64,000 nucleotides of DNA, taken from the NCBI RefSeq assembly GCF_006345805.1, contig NC_043000.1, positions 14,508,001 through 14,572,000 of the forward strand, written 5' to 3'. A program made the translations under genes and the position numbers. The notes under the pieces were generated by a model. It saw only the letters and a list, made by a program, of their open reading frames with translations, ran no database searches and had not been told where the DNA came from. This DNA comes from Octopus sinensis (Eukaryota). Of the stretch, positions 23,996 to 37,596 are shown one piece after another (positions within the stretch are counted from its first letter, which is position 1; each line of letters begins with the position of its first letter).

Positions 23996-24657
23996 ATATA
24001 TATATGTATAGGTACATAAATATATATGGCATGGGTTGGACAGTTTGACAGTAGCTAGCCAGCTGGAGATCTGATCAGGCTCCATTTGTCTGTTTTGATA
24101 TGGTTTCTATGGCTGGATGCCCTTCCTAATGCCAACCACTCTACAGAATGTGCAGTTTGCTTTTTTTATGTGGCACCTGTATGGGTGCTTTTAACGTAGC
24201 ACTGGCATGAGTGCTCACTATGTGGTGCCTGCACAAGTGCTTCTTATATGGAATCAGCACAAGTGTTTTTTACTTGGCACTGATACAGGCTGTAAAGGTC
24301 CTACCTGTATGCATGGATAGCTATAGTTTTACTTAGCTTGATATGTCATCTCAAGCACAACAAATCAGCAGAAGTCTCAGGGCCTCGTTAACTCATCAGT
24401 GAGGCTCCTTTCTCACCACCTTATTCCATATCTTCCTGGCTCTACCCCTTCCACAGGTTCCCTTCACAATTAATGATTGGCACTTTTTTTATGCAGCTGT
24501 CCTCATCCATACACATCCCATGACCAAACCAATATGTATGTGTGTGTGTGTGTGTGTGTTTCAGCACATGATCTTGGATCAAATTTCTTGCTATGCAAGT
24601 ACATCTCCATAATATATATATATATATATAGATATATATATATATATATATATGTAG

Positions 24658-24961
24658 GTGGAGGCACAATGGCCCAGTGGTTAGGGCAGTGGACTCACGG
24701 TCGTAGGATCACAGTTTCGATTCCCAGACTAGGCGTTGTGAGTGTTTATTGAGCGAAAACACCTAAAGCTCCACGAGGCTCCAGCAGAGGGATGGTGGCG
24801 ATCCATGGTGTACTCTTTCGCCACAACTTTCTCTCACTCTTTCTTCTGTTGGCCTGCTTGCTTAGCCAGTGGGGTGGCGTCATTTGAAGGCTAAAACTAT
24901 GCGAAGCGCATTATGACCAGCGATGTGTAGCAACATCTGATAGCCCAGTCAGTCCCGTAGT

Positions 24962-24970
<9 letters not shown>
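24658..24970 (+). mobile_element. tRNA-derived SINE, tail type C
   Basis: Same head as 9650; tail ttagccagtggggtggcgtc...gatagcc...cacgtgata. Confidence 0.88.
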
Positions 24971-25002
<32 letters not shown>

Positions 25003-25013
25003 ATAGAAGGAGC

Positions 25014-25058
25014 TTCTACAGGACTAGAACTGTTTCATTCAAAAGAAATCATCAGGAA
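25014..25058 (-). ncRNA. Minimal type I hammerhead ribozyme-like motif
   Basis: uuc-CUGAUGA-uUUC uuuu GAAu-GAAAC AG uucuaguc CU GUA-gaa; canonical core, GUA cleavage triplet. Confidence 0.55.
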
Positions 25059-25197
25059 TGAAACAGTTCTAGTCCTGTAGAAGCTCCTTCTATAAAATAA
25101 ATTAATTTACTCTGCTATGTATTGAGTACCTTATTTATTGTGGTTAACCCCGACTCAACCCAGGACCTACATATATATATATATATATATATATATA

Positions 25198-25780
25198 CTA
25201 GCAGTATCGCCCGGCGTTGCTCGGGTTTGTAAGGGAAATAACTATATAAGCATTTTTAGAGAGTTATAGCCAAAAAATAGCAAAAAATGCATTAAAAATG
25301 GAAAAAATATGTTGGTAAATTTTTTGAAAAATCGTTGACTCATCGTAGACATTTTTAGAGAGTTACTTCCCTTATATAATAGCGAAAAAATGCATTAAAA
25401 TGGAAAAACATTTCTGTTTTGGTGTCTTCAAGCCATGAAGTCGTTGTTCTAAAAGAACGCTGGTCTCCTTGACAACGCATTACGACGTTGATTTCCTTGC
25501 ACTCCCTTCCCCACAGGTGCAGGTGTGAGCGTGGATGCCAACTCCGCCGCCATCGACACACGAAAAATTATGCATTAAAATGGAATAAAAAATTATGTTA
25601 AATTATTTTTAAAATCGTAGACTCATCGTAGACGCGCGCTAATACTCAGACGGGCTCGATATGAATCATGACTATAAGCTACCCGAATTTGGTTAAACTG
25701 CACCGCAAAATGTGGGAGTAGTTAGGAATCTAAATCGAAGGGGACAGACACTCACACAACTACAGTTTTATATATATAGA
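25198..25780 (-). mobile_element. Non-autonomous Helitron
   Basis: 5' TC and 3' CTAG inserted at A|T; subterminal hairpin CCCGAGC AAC GCCGGG. Confidence 0.8.
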
Positions 25781-25829
25781 TATACATAGCGCAGTAGTGG
25801 TGAGATGTGACAGCAAAGAAAAGCATACA

Positions 25830-26110
25830 TTCACTCTCTGCATGCAATTAGACTCGGAAAGTTCGTGAGGAACCCATTGACCCAATTTGCTGACTTTTCC
25901 GATAGCACACAGGTCTCAATGAATGGTTGAATGACCAAATCCAAGCTTCTCTGCTAGTTCCTCAACAGTTACGATGAGATTTTGTTCCACCAGGGTTTTC
26001 AGGATGTCCTTGTCGAGTTCTACAGATCTTTCAGGATGAGGCTCATCTTCTAGGCTGTTCCAATATAGCTTTGAAAAAAATAGCTGTTAAAATCGAAATG
26101 CACTCTTCAA
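25830..26110 (-). mobile_element. Mariner transposase N-terminal remnant
   Basis: LEDEP....VELDKDILKTLVEQ in hand translation. Confidence 0.65.
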
Positions 26111-26489
26111 AACTTGCACTATGAATAAGGACAAGATAAAATTACTACCTGCTTTTATAGCAAGTTAATATAAGTAGTTTATCCCATTCCCCTCTGACTT
26201 TTAGTTCAAGCTGTTGAAAAAACCGCATTATTATATATATATACATACATACATACATACATACATATACACACACACTCTCTCTCTCACACACATGCAC
26301 ACATTTATATTCTGTTATTCTTTTATATGTTTCAGCCTTGAGGTTGTGGCCATGCTGGATCATGTGTGTGTGTGTGTGTGTCTATCTGTCTGTCTGTCTG
26401 TCTGTATGTATATATGTATATGTATGTGTGTGAACAATAATATTTTCAACAGATGTGTTGCAAATGTATCTGATTGTTCTCAAGCTTCA

Positions 26490-26586
26490 ATACTGTGTGT
26501 GTGTGTGTATGTGTGTGTGTGTGGTGTGTGTGTGTATGTATGTATGTATATGTATGTATATGTATGTATGTATGTGTGTGTGTATG

Positions 26587-26618
<32 letters not shown>

Positions 26619-26646
26619 TGTATGTATGTATGTATGTATGTATGTA

Positions 26647-26709
<63 letters not shown>

Positions 26710-26735
26710 ATGTATGTATGTATGTATGTATGAGT
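26490..26735. repeat. (TG)n/(TATG)n compound microsatellite
   Basis: Direct reading. Confidence 0.95.
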
Positions 26736-27559
26736 GTATGTTTACTTTATTACTAACACAAGCCAGTACGGTTATTTAATGTAAAGTCTTCCTCAAATCA
26801 CTATCTCTGGCTATTTACTCTCTTCCAAGAACATTTTCACTCACACTTATGTGTTAGCTTCCCATACATTTTACTCATGTATCTATCAGCGTGATAGAGA
26901 GAAACAAATATTACATCTAGTTTCACTTTATTCGTTGCCCACTGTGTGTGTGCGTTTGCGTGTGGTGTAAACCAGACTAAGAAAAGCATTTGACACACAC
27001 ACCAGAATGTGAGTTTTCTGTAAATTTTGCTTAATTGGAGTTTAAATTTTAAAAACTGGACCTGGCATGACGCGATGCATTGTACTCTTAAAAATGGTAG
27101 GTAAATTGTAATTGAAGAAATCCTATATTGTAGATTTGTATAACTCCCAAAGGGAGGCAGATAAAATCTGCCTTTTATAATAAGAGATATATATATATAT
27201 ATATATATCTTTTTATATATATATATATATATATATATAATGAGCTAAGTGAAATAACTCAGAGTGATAGTATGCACTGTTTACAAGTAAAAATAGTGTC
27301 TAGTAGCTGGAAGAGAAGTTAGATATCAGTTATGCTTTGTGAGAAGAGAAACTGAAAGTTAATGATTTGCTCATGCTCTGCAATACTATGTGGATCAGAA
27401 ACCTGAAGTATTCCAGTGTCGGAGAGGATCAAAATGTAAATGGAGAGAAGTGTGTATAGAATGAATGTAATTAACTTGATTTCACTAAGTTTGAAATGAA
27501 AAAAAAAAAGAAAAAAAAAGAAGCATGGAAATGCAACTATAAGAGGTTATTGAATGAGG

Positions 27560-28525
27560 CATAAGACAGAAAGATGGCCACTCCAACTAGATCCAACAAA
27601 GAGACCATCATTGAAAACGATTGCAGTGCAGTTGAAAATGCAATTAAGAACACGAAGAATGGAAAGGCAACGAGACAATCCAGGGAGAGTTCTTGGGCTG
27701 CTGAGAATATATGAAGTAGATTTCATACTAGTCACTCACATAGCCACCTAGGTAGTACAGGAGATGTCATGTCCAACATATGGCGTAACAGTACCATCCT
27801 TTACAAACGAACAACGATGCTCTGGGGAGAAGCAGCTACAGAGGTTTCATATCGATGGGCTAAGTTATAAAAGGCATTGAAAAAAACACAATTGATTAGA
27901 AAGAGAATAAGCCTCAATGAAGCACAGCTCAGGCTTGTGTCAGGATGGTATAGTACCACCAAGGTACCAAGGCAGCAAGCTGGCAGAAACGTTAACACGC
28001 TGGGCGAAATGCGTAGCCATATTTCGTCTGCCGTTACGTTCTGAGTTCAAATTCCGCCGAGGTCGACTTTGCCTTTCATCCTTTCAAGGTCAATAAATTA
28101 AGTACCAGCTACAAACTGGGGTCGATATAATCGACTTAATCCGTTTGTCTGTCCTTGTTTGTCCTCTCTGTGTTTAGCCCCTTGTGGGTAGTAAAGAAAT
28201 AGGTATAGTACCACCAATGCCCTCTCCCTAGTGACACAACTAAAGGAAAAGTAGTTGGCTAGAAGTGATCCATTCTATCTTGCATTCATCAAGCTGAAGA
28301 AGATCTTTCATAGGGTTTCATACTTTGTAGTCAGGCGATCACTGAAAAACACTAAGGGTAGATGAATGTGAGAGCCATGCAAGCTGTGTACAAAGGGTGC
28401 TGTCAGTAAAATGAGACTTAGTAGCAATTTCAGTTACAAACTTAGTGTCCATCAGAGTTTAGCACTCAGTCCTCTACTATTTATTAGAGTCCTCCAAGCC
28501 ACAAAATGTGGAGTTTAAGACCAAC
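27560..28525 (+). mobile_element. Degraded RTE-clade LINE (RT region) interrupted by a SINE
   Basis: VENAIKNTKNGKA and FIxLxKxFxRV...HQ..xLSPLLF remnants. Confidence 0.7.
27963..28201 (+). mobile_element. tRNA-derived SINE with a conserved central domain (gcctttcatcctttc..ggtc.ataaa)
   Basis: 16-bp TSD GGTATAGTACCACCAA (27947-27962, 28202-28217); other copies near 51452 and 61090. Confidence 0.88.
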
Positions 28526-28527
28526 TA

Positions 28528-29040
28528 CTGTAAATCCTCGAGTATAATCCACATTTTTTCCCCAAAATTTAAAGGTCAAAATCCCTAGTGCGTACTATAT
28601 ACGAGGTTAAAAATGAAAATTATTTTCTAAGCAATGTCCGACTCTCTATTTGCTGTCCAGCAATGTTTATTCAGATGCATTTTGTGATGTCGGGAGCGAA
28701 TATACCTTAAGCTAAGCCTGAAAGCAATGAAGTCATAAAAGAATCATCCATAACTTGCAGTAAGCAACATTTATTAAACATTATTACTGTTATTTCTTTA
28801 TTTTCTGCAAGCAAAGTGCACAAAAAAAGCTACACGTTTGCATTATGTTATATATACAATAATAATAAAGGATGTTACCATATACAATCCTACAAACCAA
28901 GGATGTTATATAGAGCTCCTTGACTCAAGTTAGAGAAGGGGTGCGTATTATACACAAGGTTTAGGTTTTTCAGAGGTACAGTCCCCTAAAAATCCCCTGC
29001 ATATTATACTCAAGGGCGGACTATACTCGAGGATTTATGG
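28528..29040. mobile_element. pogo/Tigger-type non-autonomous DNA transposon
   Basis: TA|CTGTAAATCCTCGAGTATA...TATACTCGAGGATTTATGG|TA. Confidence 0.82.
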
Positions 29041-29949
29041 TACTTGGCATACAGGAACTGTTGTATGACAATGAGCTAATAATCATGACACCCTTTTTTA
29101 AAGAGTGTAGGAGTAGGAGAAAAAAATTTTGTTATTTCTGGCAGTTCAAGCAACTATGCTTGGGTCACTTCTATTGGTCAAGTTGTTGTAAGTGGTAGTT
29201 GTGTTGTTACTAGCAGTTGTGGTGTTGTTGGTAGTAGTGATTGTTATTGTTGCAGGCGTTTGTTGTGCAGTTAGTTATGGGTTATTGTTGTTGCTCGTAA
29301 CAATAGTGATAGTGTTTATCCATCCAATAATAAATCTGATGTAAACACTTCATTCAGAAATGTTGCTGAACTTTCATCTGTTATTCAACACAAAATCAAA
29401 ACTGATCTTTGGTCTGGCTGAGTGTGTGTGTGTGTGTGTGTGTGTGTCTAAACAAGTGTGTATATGTATACTTCCATGTGTAAACATATACTTACAAAAA
29501 TCTACACACACACACACACACACAGATATATGAATTTTATATTTATGTATATAAATAAATACACACAATGCACACACAAATATATATATGCATATATACC
29601 TACAACAGGAGCCTGCTCTACCCCAACCTTTTCCCTCGTATTTTAACCCCATCTAATGTAAGAATGTACCCCATCTCCTCAGGTTTGTAGATTTGTGAGC
29701 TACATGATAACCATAATAGTGTCAGAGGCACAAAAAAAGCACCCAGTACACATTGTAAACTGGTTGGTGTCAGGAAGAGTATTGAGCCATAGAAACCATG
29801 CCAACACAGACAGTGGAGCACATCATGGTCCTTGAATTCACTGGATCCTGGTCAAACCATCCAAACCATGTCAGCATGGAACATAGACATTAAATGATGA
29901 TGATGATGATTATTTGTATACACCGTGTGGTATGAAGCTTGCTTCCCAG

Positions 29950-30370
29950 CCACATGGTTCTGGGTACGTGATCGTTGCCAGAGCAGCAAACTGGCTTCTG
30001 TGCCAGTGGCACGCAAAAAGCATCATTCGAGCGTGATCGTTACCAGCGTCGCCTTACTGGCACTTGTGCTGGTGGCATGTTTAAAAACATTTGAGTGAGG
30101 TCGTTGCCAGTGCCACTGTACTGGCTCCTGTGCAGGTGGCACGTAAAAAGCACCATTTGAGCGTGGCTGTTGCCAGTACCACTTGACTGACCCTCATGCC
30201 AGTAGCATGTAAAAGCACCCACTACACTCTCAGAGTGGTTGGCATTAGGAAGGGCATCCAGCTGTAGAAACACTGCCAGATCAGATTGGAGCCTGGTGCA
30301 GCCATCTGGTTCGCAAGTCCTCAGTCAAATTGTCCAATCCATGTTAAACAATGATGATGATGATGATGAT
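29950..30370 (+). mobile_element. (GAT)n-tailed SINE
   Basis: Family body plus tail. Confidence 0.8.
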
Positions 30371-30772
30371 ATTGCAAACTTCCAGTTTCTGTCTACCAAA
30401 TTCTTTCGGAAGGCATTGGTTGGCTCTGGAGTATAATAGAAGAAACTTACCCAAAGTGCAACACAATGGGTCTGACCCAAAACCATATGGATGCAAAGCG
30501 AGATTTTTTTATTACACAGTCATATATACTTATGGTATTCCTTCATCAACTCTTACCTGCTTTATTTGACAGGCCTTCAAAAGTGTAGTGGAACAGGTCG
30601 TGGGTTATAATGTTGAAAAGGTATGTTAAAAACATCAGAAACAGGAGGTTATATTGATGTAAAAATGTGTTGATGTAATGCAGGGTAGCAGGAAATGACA
30701 TAGTTATGAAAAAGGAGAGTAAAATGAGGTTGGTGTGACACACAGATACAAAACAACAACAACAACAACAAC

Positions 30773-30810
<38 letters not shown>

Positions 30811-33209
30811 GAATAACAACTCGATCAACATGGATTATTTCAGAACTATATATGATTTATTGTCTGAAGAACATTCCAAAACAAACGGACAAACAAATAT
30901 ATGTAAAGAAATAACATACACATAGATTAAGTGATGAAGTTAAATAATTTGAATATTAAATTGTAAGCAGAAAGCTATGGGAATGTCCTTTCGCTTGTGG
31001 TACAACTACAAAATAACTTCAAAACAGTCACAACCAAATCTCAAAAGGTCAAGAAAAAAAAAAACTTCCTCTTCCCAAAAGTGAAGAATACAACCATTTA
31101 GCTTAGATTCCACCACTGTTGGTTGGACTGAGATGTACTTTAACCAGTGGTCAAGATACGACCTTTTTTTTTGTTAGTTTGTTTTTGCTGTACTGAATGG
31201 TCAGTGAAAGAGATGAAAATGGACGGTGGTGGTAATAAGAAACTTCGTAAAATATCTTGACTGGGTTTTGAAACCCTGGTTTGCATATGGATGGAGCCAT
31301 GAGTCAAGTGCCTTAACTACACTCTCAAAACACCAACACATGCACATACACACACACATGCAAATACATACACACACACATGCAGAGGTTAAAAATTCAG
31401 AGTCTAGGTCAAATATTTTATCATTCTATGCATCTTAGGGTCATCCAAATTTGTTGAGGATTTGACCTTTCTTTGAACACATCAAGATAAAGAATCAGTT
31501 GATCTAGAAAAATTAATTTCACAAGATTATGGCTACAGTAGTAACAAATAGTTAAGTCAATTTCTCTTACTTCAGATAATGGCCACTTTATTAGTTAATA
31601 GCCCAGCTGTCACTTTACTAGTAAATATATCAGATTGATCCCAGCTTAACTAACTGCCAAGTGACAATTCATTATGTAAAATCTTCAGTAACCTAGTTTG
31701 TTTACTATTTAGTCAACTAGCTGACCATTACCTCAGTTAAATGCTCAATAATTCAAAATGACAGCTCAGTATCTCCACCAACTATTCTCTTTGCTGGTGA
31801 ATTAACAGTTGAGCTATTTTAACCAATAAACTCTTAGATAAACTTACAACCTAATTAATTGAGCCACAATTCCACCAAACAGGGCACAGTAGGCAGTTGC
31901 CCAGAGGCCTCATGGGCCTAGGGGTCGAATTCTGATGTATATGCTGTGCCTTGCTATTAACAGATATATTCTATAAAGTCCAGTGGATTAGTTTGCTGAA
32001 GGGTCTATAATGTTGCTTAAGATGGCCCTGTCTCCAAGTTAAACAACTACCCATAAACTGAACTCAGCTGATCCCTACTAAGAAATCTTTTCAACTCAGT
32101 GGGTTTATTTGATACTTTCTTCTTAATTGAGTTCATCATCACCTTAAAGGAGCTTATGGTCACAACATTAGATGGTTCAACCTACTAACTTTTGTATGTG
32201 GTTTGCAAGATTCTTGATGTGAACTTGTGTATTGAAATATGTTTTGTTGTATCATGAGAGGGTCATTATATCTGTCCTAACAGACAGACAGTCAGAAAGA
32301 CCAGAAGCAGACCTGGTGTAGAGAGGGTATGTCACTGACGAGGTCATGCATAGCAACAAAAAAAAGGCATTGACAAAGTTGATTGATTGATTGACCAGAA
32401 TGATTAATCAAACACTTGATTAATTAACTGATAATGTAGTTAACCAATTTACAAATAAAAAAAAACAAAGTGAAACAGAACCAGTGTGTGTGTGCATGTT
32501 TATATTGGCATAACGACCCTCCCAAGATACATATACCTATCAGCATCTCCAGAAGAAAAAAAATACAAGGTAGAGAAACATGTAATTATAAACCCCTTTC
32601 TTCAAAGAGCAGTTCTGCAGCCCAGTCTTTGTTTTTGAATTATTTACTTTAAGGACATTTTATGGTAAATATCAAAAGGATGAAGTGATTACTGATTGTA
32701 CATAGCAGTTTTAGTGCAGGTGTTACATAGAAGTGCATTGATGAAGGTGATTAGTATTATATCAGATACTAGTAAAGAAGCATTAAGTAATATTGGTTTT
32801 AAATTTTGGCACAAGGCCAGCAATTTGGGGGATTACACCGATCCTAGTCCTCGACTGGTACCTATTTTATCAGCCCCAAAAGGATGAATGGCAAAGTCGA
32901 CCTCGGCAGAATTTGAACTCAGAACATAAAGACAGACAAAATGCCACTAAGCACTTTGCTCTGTGTGCCAGCGATTCTACCAATTCACTATTCTCTCTTT
33001 TACTTGTTTCAGTCATTTGACTGCAGCCATGCTGGAGCACCACCTTTAGTCAAGTAAACCGACCCCAGGACTTATTCTTTGTAAGCCTAGTACTTATTCT
33101 ATCGGTCTCTTTTGCTGAACCGCTAAGTTACGGGAATGTAAACACACCACCATTAGTTGTCAAGCGATGTTGGGGGGGACAAACAGACACACAAACATAC
33201 ACATATATA

Positions 33210-33720
33210 TATATATAAATATATATATATACATATATACGACAGGCTTCTTTCAGTTTCTGTCTATCAAATCCACTCACAAGGCTTTGGTCGTGTGTGT
33301 GTCTATACACACACACACACACACATATACATACATACACACATATATGCATACGTATATATACATACACAAATATATATATATATATATATACATATAT
33401 ACATACACATACATATATACACACACATATATATACATACATAAATATATATATATATATATACATACACATACACACATATATATATACATACACATAC
33501 ACACATATATATATATACATACATACACACACATATATATACATACATACACACACATATATATATACATACATACACACACATATATATATATATACAT
33601 ACATACACACACATATATATATACATACATACACACATATATATACATACATACATACATACATACACCAACATCATCCACACACATACACATATGTATA
33701 TATAGATATATACATACATT
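33210..33720. repeat. Long (TA/CA) compound microsatellite within a SINE remnant
   Basis: Direct reading; accounts for the stacked YI/HT ORFs. Confidence 0.95.
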
Positions 33721-34296
33721 CACAAATACAGCAAGATGCAGAGAGAGAATATCAACTGCTCTACTTATGATGTATACACTTTAGTTTTGGCCAACTCGGT
33801 ATGCATGTATATATATGTACGTATGTGCACTAGACATTTGTGAGCACAACTTCAGTAGGCCACCATCTGAGGACAGTCTAAAATATCAGTACAGGGTAAT
33901 GTGCCTCATTTCAACTTCCTCGTTTCTGTTTCAGATGTATTGATAACATTAACATAGCAGATTCTAATCTGACACAGAAAATGAGAAAGGCATGTGATAA
34001 TAATGGTCCTAACCACGAACCATAAGGACATGAATGTGGGCAAGTCCTCCATATTCAGGAAAAAACAGAAAAAAAAAAAAAAGAACTGTAGTCAGACATT
34101 ATTTTTAGGCAGGTCAAATATATCATCAACAACTCTAGGAGGTCAAAATGAGAGCCATCACCAAGTAGTTCAATGTAGTTCAGAGATCACTACTAGATGT
34201 GATGCCCAAAAACTGTAGATACAAGATGGTGATGAGTTGAGGGCTGTTCATATCGAGCAGAACCCAGGAAAACTGTGTGATTATGTGGCCCTTAAG

Positions 34297-34790
34297 ATAC
34301 TACTACTACTACTACTAATAATAATAATAATAATTGTGTACAGTGCTCAGGTGCACTACAACTTATCTAAAGTGTATATATAATCAGGTGTAGTTTCGGC
34401 GGATTTCGGAAAGCATGAGGGCCTTAAAGGATGCAGTGTCATGGCAGTCAACAACTGACACAGGCAGTTTATTCCATGCTTCAGCAACTCTGAGCGTGAA
34501 AAAATGTTTCCGAAAGTCATAGGAGCTGTGTTGTTTTCTGACTTTGTAGGCATGTCCACGTGTGTTAGACACATGGAGATCAAAAAGGTGTTCAGTGTTG
34601 TTGTTGGTGAGGTGGTTGATAACTTTGTGGGTGTTTACCAAGTCCGTCGCTTCAGTGAATCCATGCCCAGGGAAACAAGGCGCTCAGAATATGGTAGGTG
34701 TCTGATGGAGGGTATGCGTTTGGTTGCACGTCTCTGGACAGATTCCAGAAGGTCAATGTTCTGAGCAAGATAGGGGTTCCTATCTTGTTA
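34297..34790 (-). mobile_element. CR1-clade LINE 3' end with (TTA)/(TAG) tail
   Basis: LESVQRRATK...RGH..K..KQ...DFRKHFFTLRVAEAWNKLP. Confidence 0.88.
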
Positions 34791-35185
34791 GGCAGGTCAA
34801 ATATATCATCTGCCTATACTGTAACGTCCTAGCTATCCTGATTTGAAATTCTGAATTGCTATCTCTGAGACACTGCCAGTGAGGAAGGAGAACTGGGCAG
34901 CAGCCTTATGGTACAAAAAGGCTCAAATGGGGGCTGGCATTATAGGCAGGGTGAGTGAATTGGACTTCCTGATTTGGACACGCAGTCACTTGTGTAACAG
35001 TGACAGGGTCTCATTGGTGCTGAGGTTAATTTTGTTGAATAGCTTATTTCTTTATTGTTTGGGCTCGAATATGCCTGTCATTTTTCTAGGAGTTTTTTTT
35101 ATTTTTTTCTGTTTGGTGTCTTTGTTTTACTTTGGGCTGAGCTTCATTCTCATTTGCCAGGTGCAACCTGTGTACATATATATAT

Positions 35186-35218
<33 letters not shown>

Positions 35219-37128
35219 CATACAAACACATATATACATATGTATTTATGAATATATACACACATATACATGTGTGTGTTGTTGTTTAGCCCTGATCAAA
35301 TAAAATATTCATCAAAAGTATCTAGTCCTGAGATGCCTCTAAAAATTTGATATTTTAGCAAGCATTTATTTAGACTAGGTACAAGCTTCCCTCCACTCCT
35401 ACGCTTTTTCTCTTGATGTTCAACCGATGCTAGCATGGAAAACGGACGCTAAACGATGATGATGATGATGATGATGTTCAGTATTCCAACCATGACCATC
35501 CTGTCTATTCATCAAGTACAGTTTATCTAGGACTATATTATCCTGCTATTTCTAGCAGATCAAGTGACCATGCAGAGGCTCTCATTATCTTATACACACA
35601 CACCCATGTATATTTGGAAGAAGGTCACTTACAGACACCCCAATAAACCCAGGGTAGATGAGACTCTTCAGTTCCTCATCCAAGGGAAGGTAATTCCATA
35701 CAAATCCTGCACCCTGACAACTACTGGACTTGTAGCACTTGTTGCACCAGACCAATACAAGACCGAAGGATGAGAGAATGGGATTGGTTCTGCACAAACC
35801 ATGCCCACTGTAATAATATTCATTGTGCAAGTTATTCAGCAAACCAAGACGCAACCACCAACACCATCACACTTTCTTCATAATTCCAGTGGCTAAAGGG
35901 AAAGAGGTGACAGGGATAGGAGGAGGATGTTACTAGGGGTTTTCACTATGACCCTGCACATGGGCAGTTATTGAGTGATGGTTGTTATGAAACCGTGTCT
36001 TGCTGAACCTTCATGTACTGAAGCAATGACATAGTCCACAAAGCACACATCTTTCATATGTTAACAGTTTCCCATCAGCCAGAGATCTGGACTAATTCAA
36101 ACTCAACAGCAATCTCATTGAGTCTTGAAGGTCCAAAACAAGCCACAAGCTCTATCCTTCCTCTATGAAGAGTTAGTGAAACGATATTCATATATAAGAC
36201 TCAGAAATGAATTTTTAATTCATTTGAACAACTAGATAGATACAAGTAGTGCTACAAACTATTCATTCTAGCAAAGTTAATTATTAAAAGATTAACTTTT
36301 CAGATTTCAAGGACCTATATATCTGATGCTCAACTTTAGTTTTTCATAGTAAATAACAAAGAGAAATCTTCCCTTGTAAAGACCAATAGCTTATTAAAGT
36401 AACTTCCTCAAAGAGCAACAGTACCTAATATCCTGGTTGTTAAAATGAGAAAATGTAGAATCAAAGTTCTCAACCCAGCTTTCTCCTAAAAGGCCTTGTA
36501 CCCACTCTACACGGTTAAGTGAACTGAAGTTATGTAGAATTAAGTACCAAGGAAACACCTTAAGTGGAATTAAACTCAGTTTTTAGGCCACACATTGAAT
36601 ATCTTTTCCATACAGTTACGTTACCTTCCCAAAAGAAATCCTAATTATGTTACTGAGTATAATGCAACTGTGCCAGAACATAACAACCTCTTGAGTATTC
36701 GTAGTTCCACAATAAAAATCCCAGTGCACTCTGTAAAGCAGTTGGTGGCAGAAAGGGGACAGAACTAGCTATAGAAACCAAACCAAATATAAAAACAAAA
36801 TGTAAGATATGGGCCTCTGATTTGTCTAGGAAGGCAGTAATTCTGAATAGGATCTAACCCAGACAGTGATGACCTGTCCAATCTAAGCCAATATGGGAAG
36901 CAGATATAAAAGGGTGATGACAATTTTTATCATATCCTTTTCTTTATATAGCATATTATTTTACATAAGCAGCAAGGAGCAAATTGTTAAAAAAATGAGC
37001 AATGGGAAACTGAAAATTTCATATTTTCCCCTAAGCACTCAAACTAGTTGGATATGACATTTAAAAATACTAAAGTTGAGTCATATATCAGAAATAAGTT
37101 TGCACCAGATAATTATTTAAAAAAGAAG

Positions 37129-37277
37129 CACTAGCATAGCTAGCGTGTGTGTCGCTCGGGGCAGCCCTCCAGTTTGCCACCCACTGGACCCAACAAAAAC
37201 ACATATTGCCTACAGCAGACCCAAAAGTGCCACCTGGGGTGGACTGCCCCTACTGTGCCCCACAAGCTACACTAGTG
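37129..37277. mobile_element. hAT-type MITE
   Basis: TIR CACTAGCATAGC / GCTACACTAGTG; perfect 8-bp TSD AAAAGAAG. Confidence 0.85.
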
Positions 37278-37374
37278 AAAAGAAGTATTTGTAACTTTTG
37301 TCTTTATGACACCTTCATATTTAGGACGTATTCTGATTTAGGTGACTTTGTTCCTTTACTTATTTTTTCTTTAA

Positions 37375-37596
37375 CCCTTTCGTTACCAACCCGGCTGAAA
37401 CCAGCTCTGGCTCTGTAGCACAAATGCCTTGTTTATATAAGTTTTGAATTAAAATCTTCCACCAAACCTTAGTCAGAATTTATGTTGATAACACTAGATT
37501 AATGATAACTAAGTTATTTTACTAAATTCTTTGTTATATTTAAAATAAACTGAAAGAAACACAGAGCATCTCAAAATAAATAGAGTAACGAAAGGG
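37375..37596. mobile_element. piggyBac-type MITE
   Basis: TTAA TSD, CCC...GGG ends. Confidence 0.8.

Noticed and set aside
31880-32030. Possible hAT MITE (CAGGGC...GCCCTG)
   Set aside because: The TIRs are short and the putative 8-bp TSD matches at only 5 of 8 positions.
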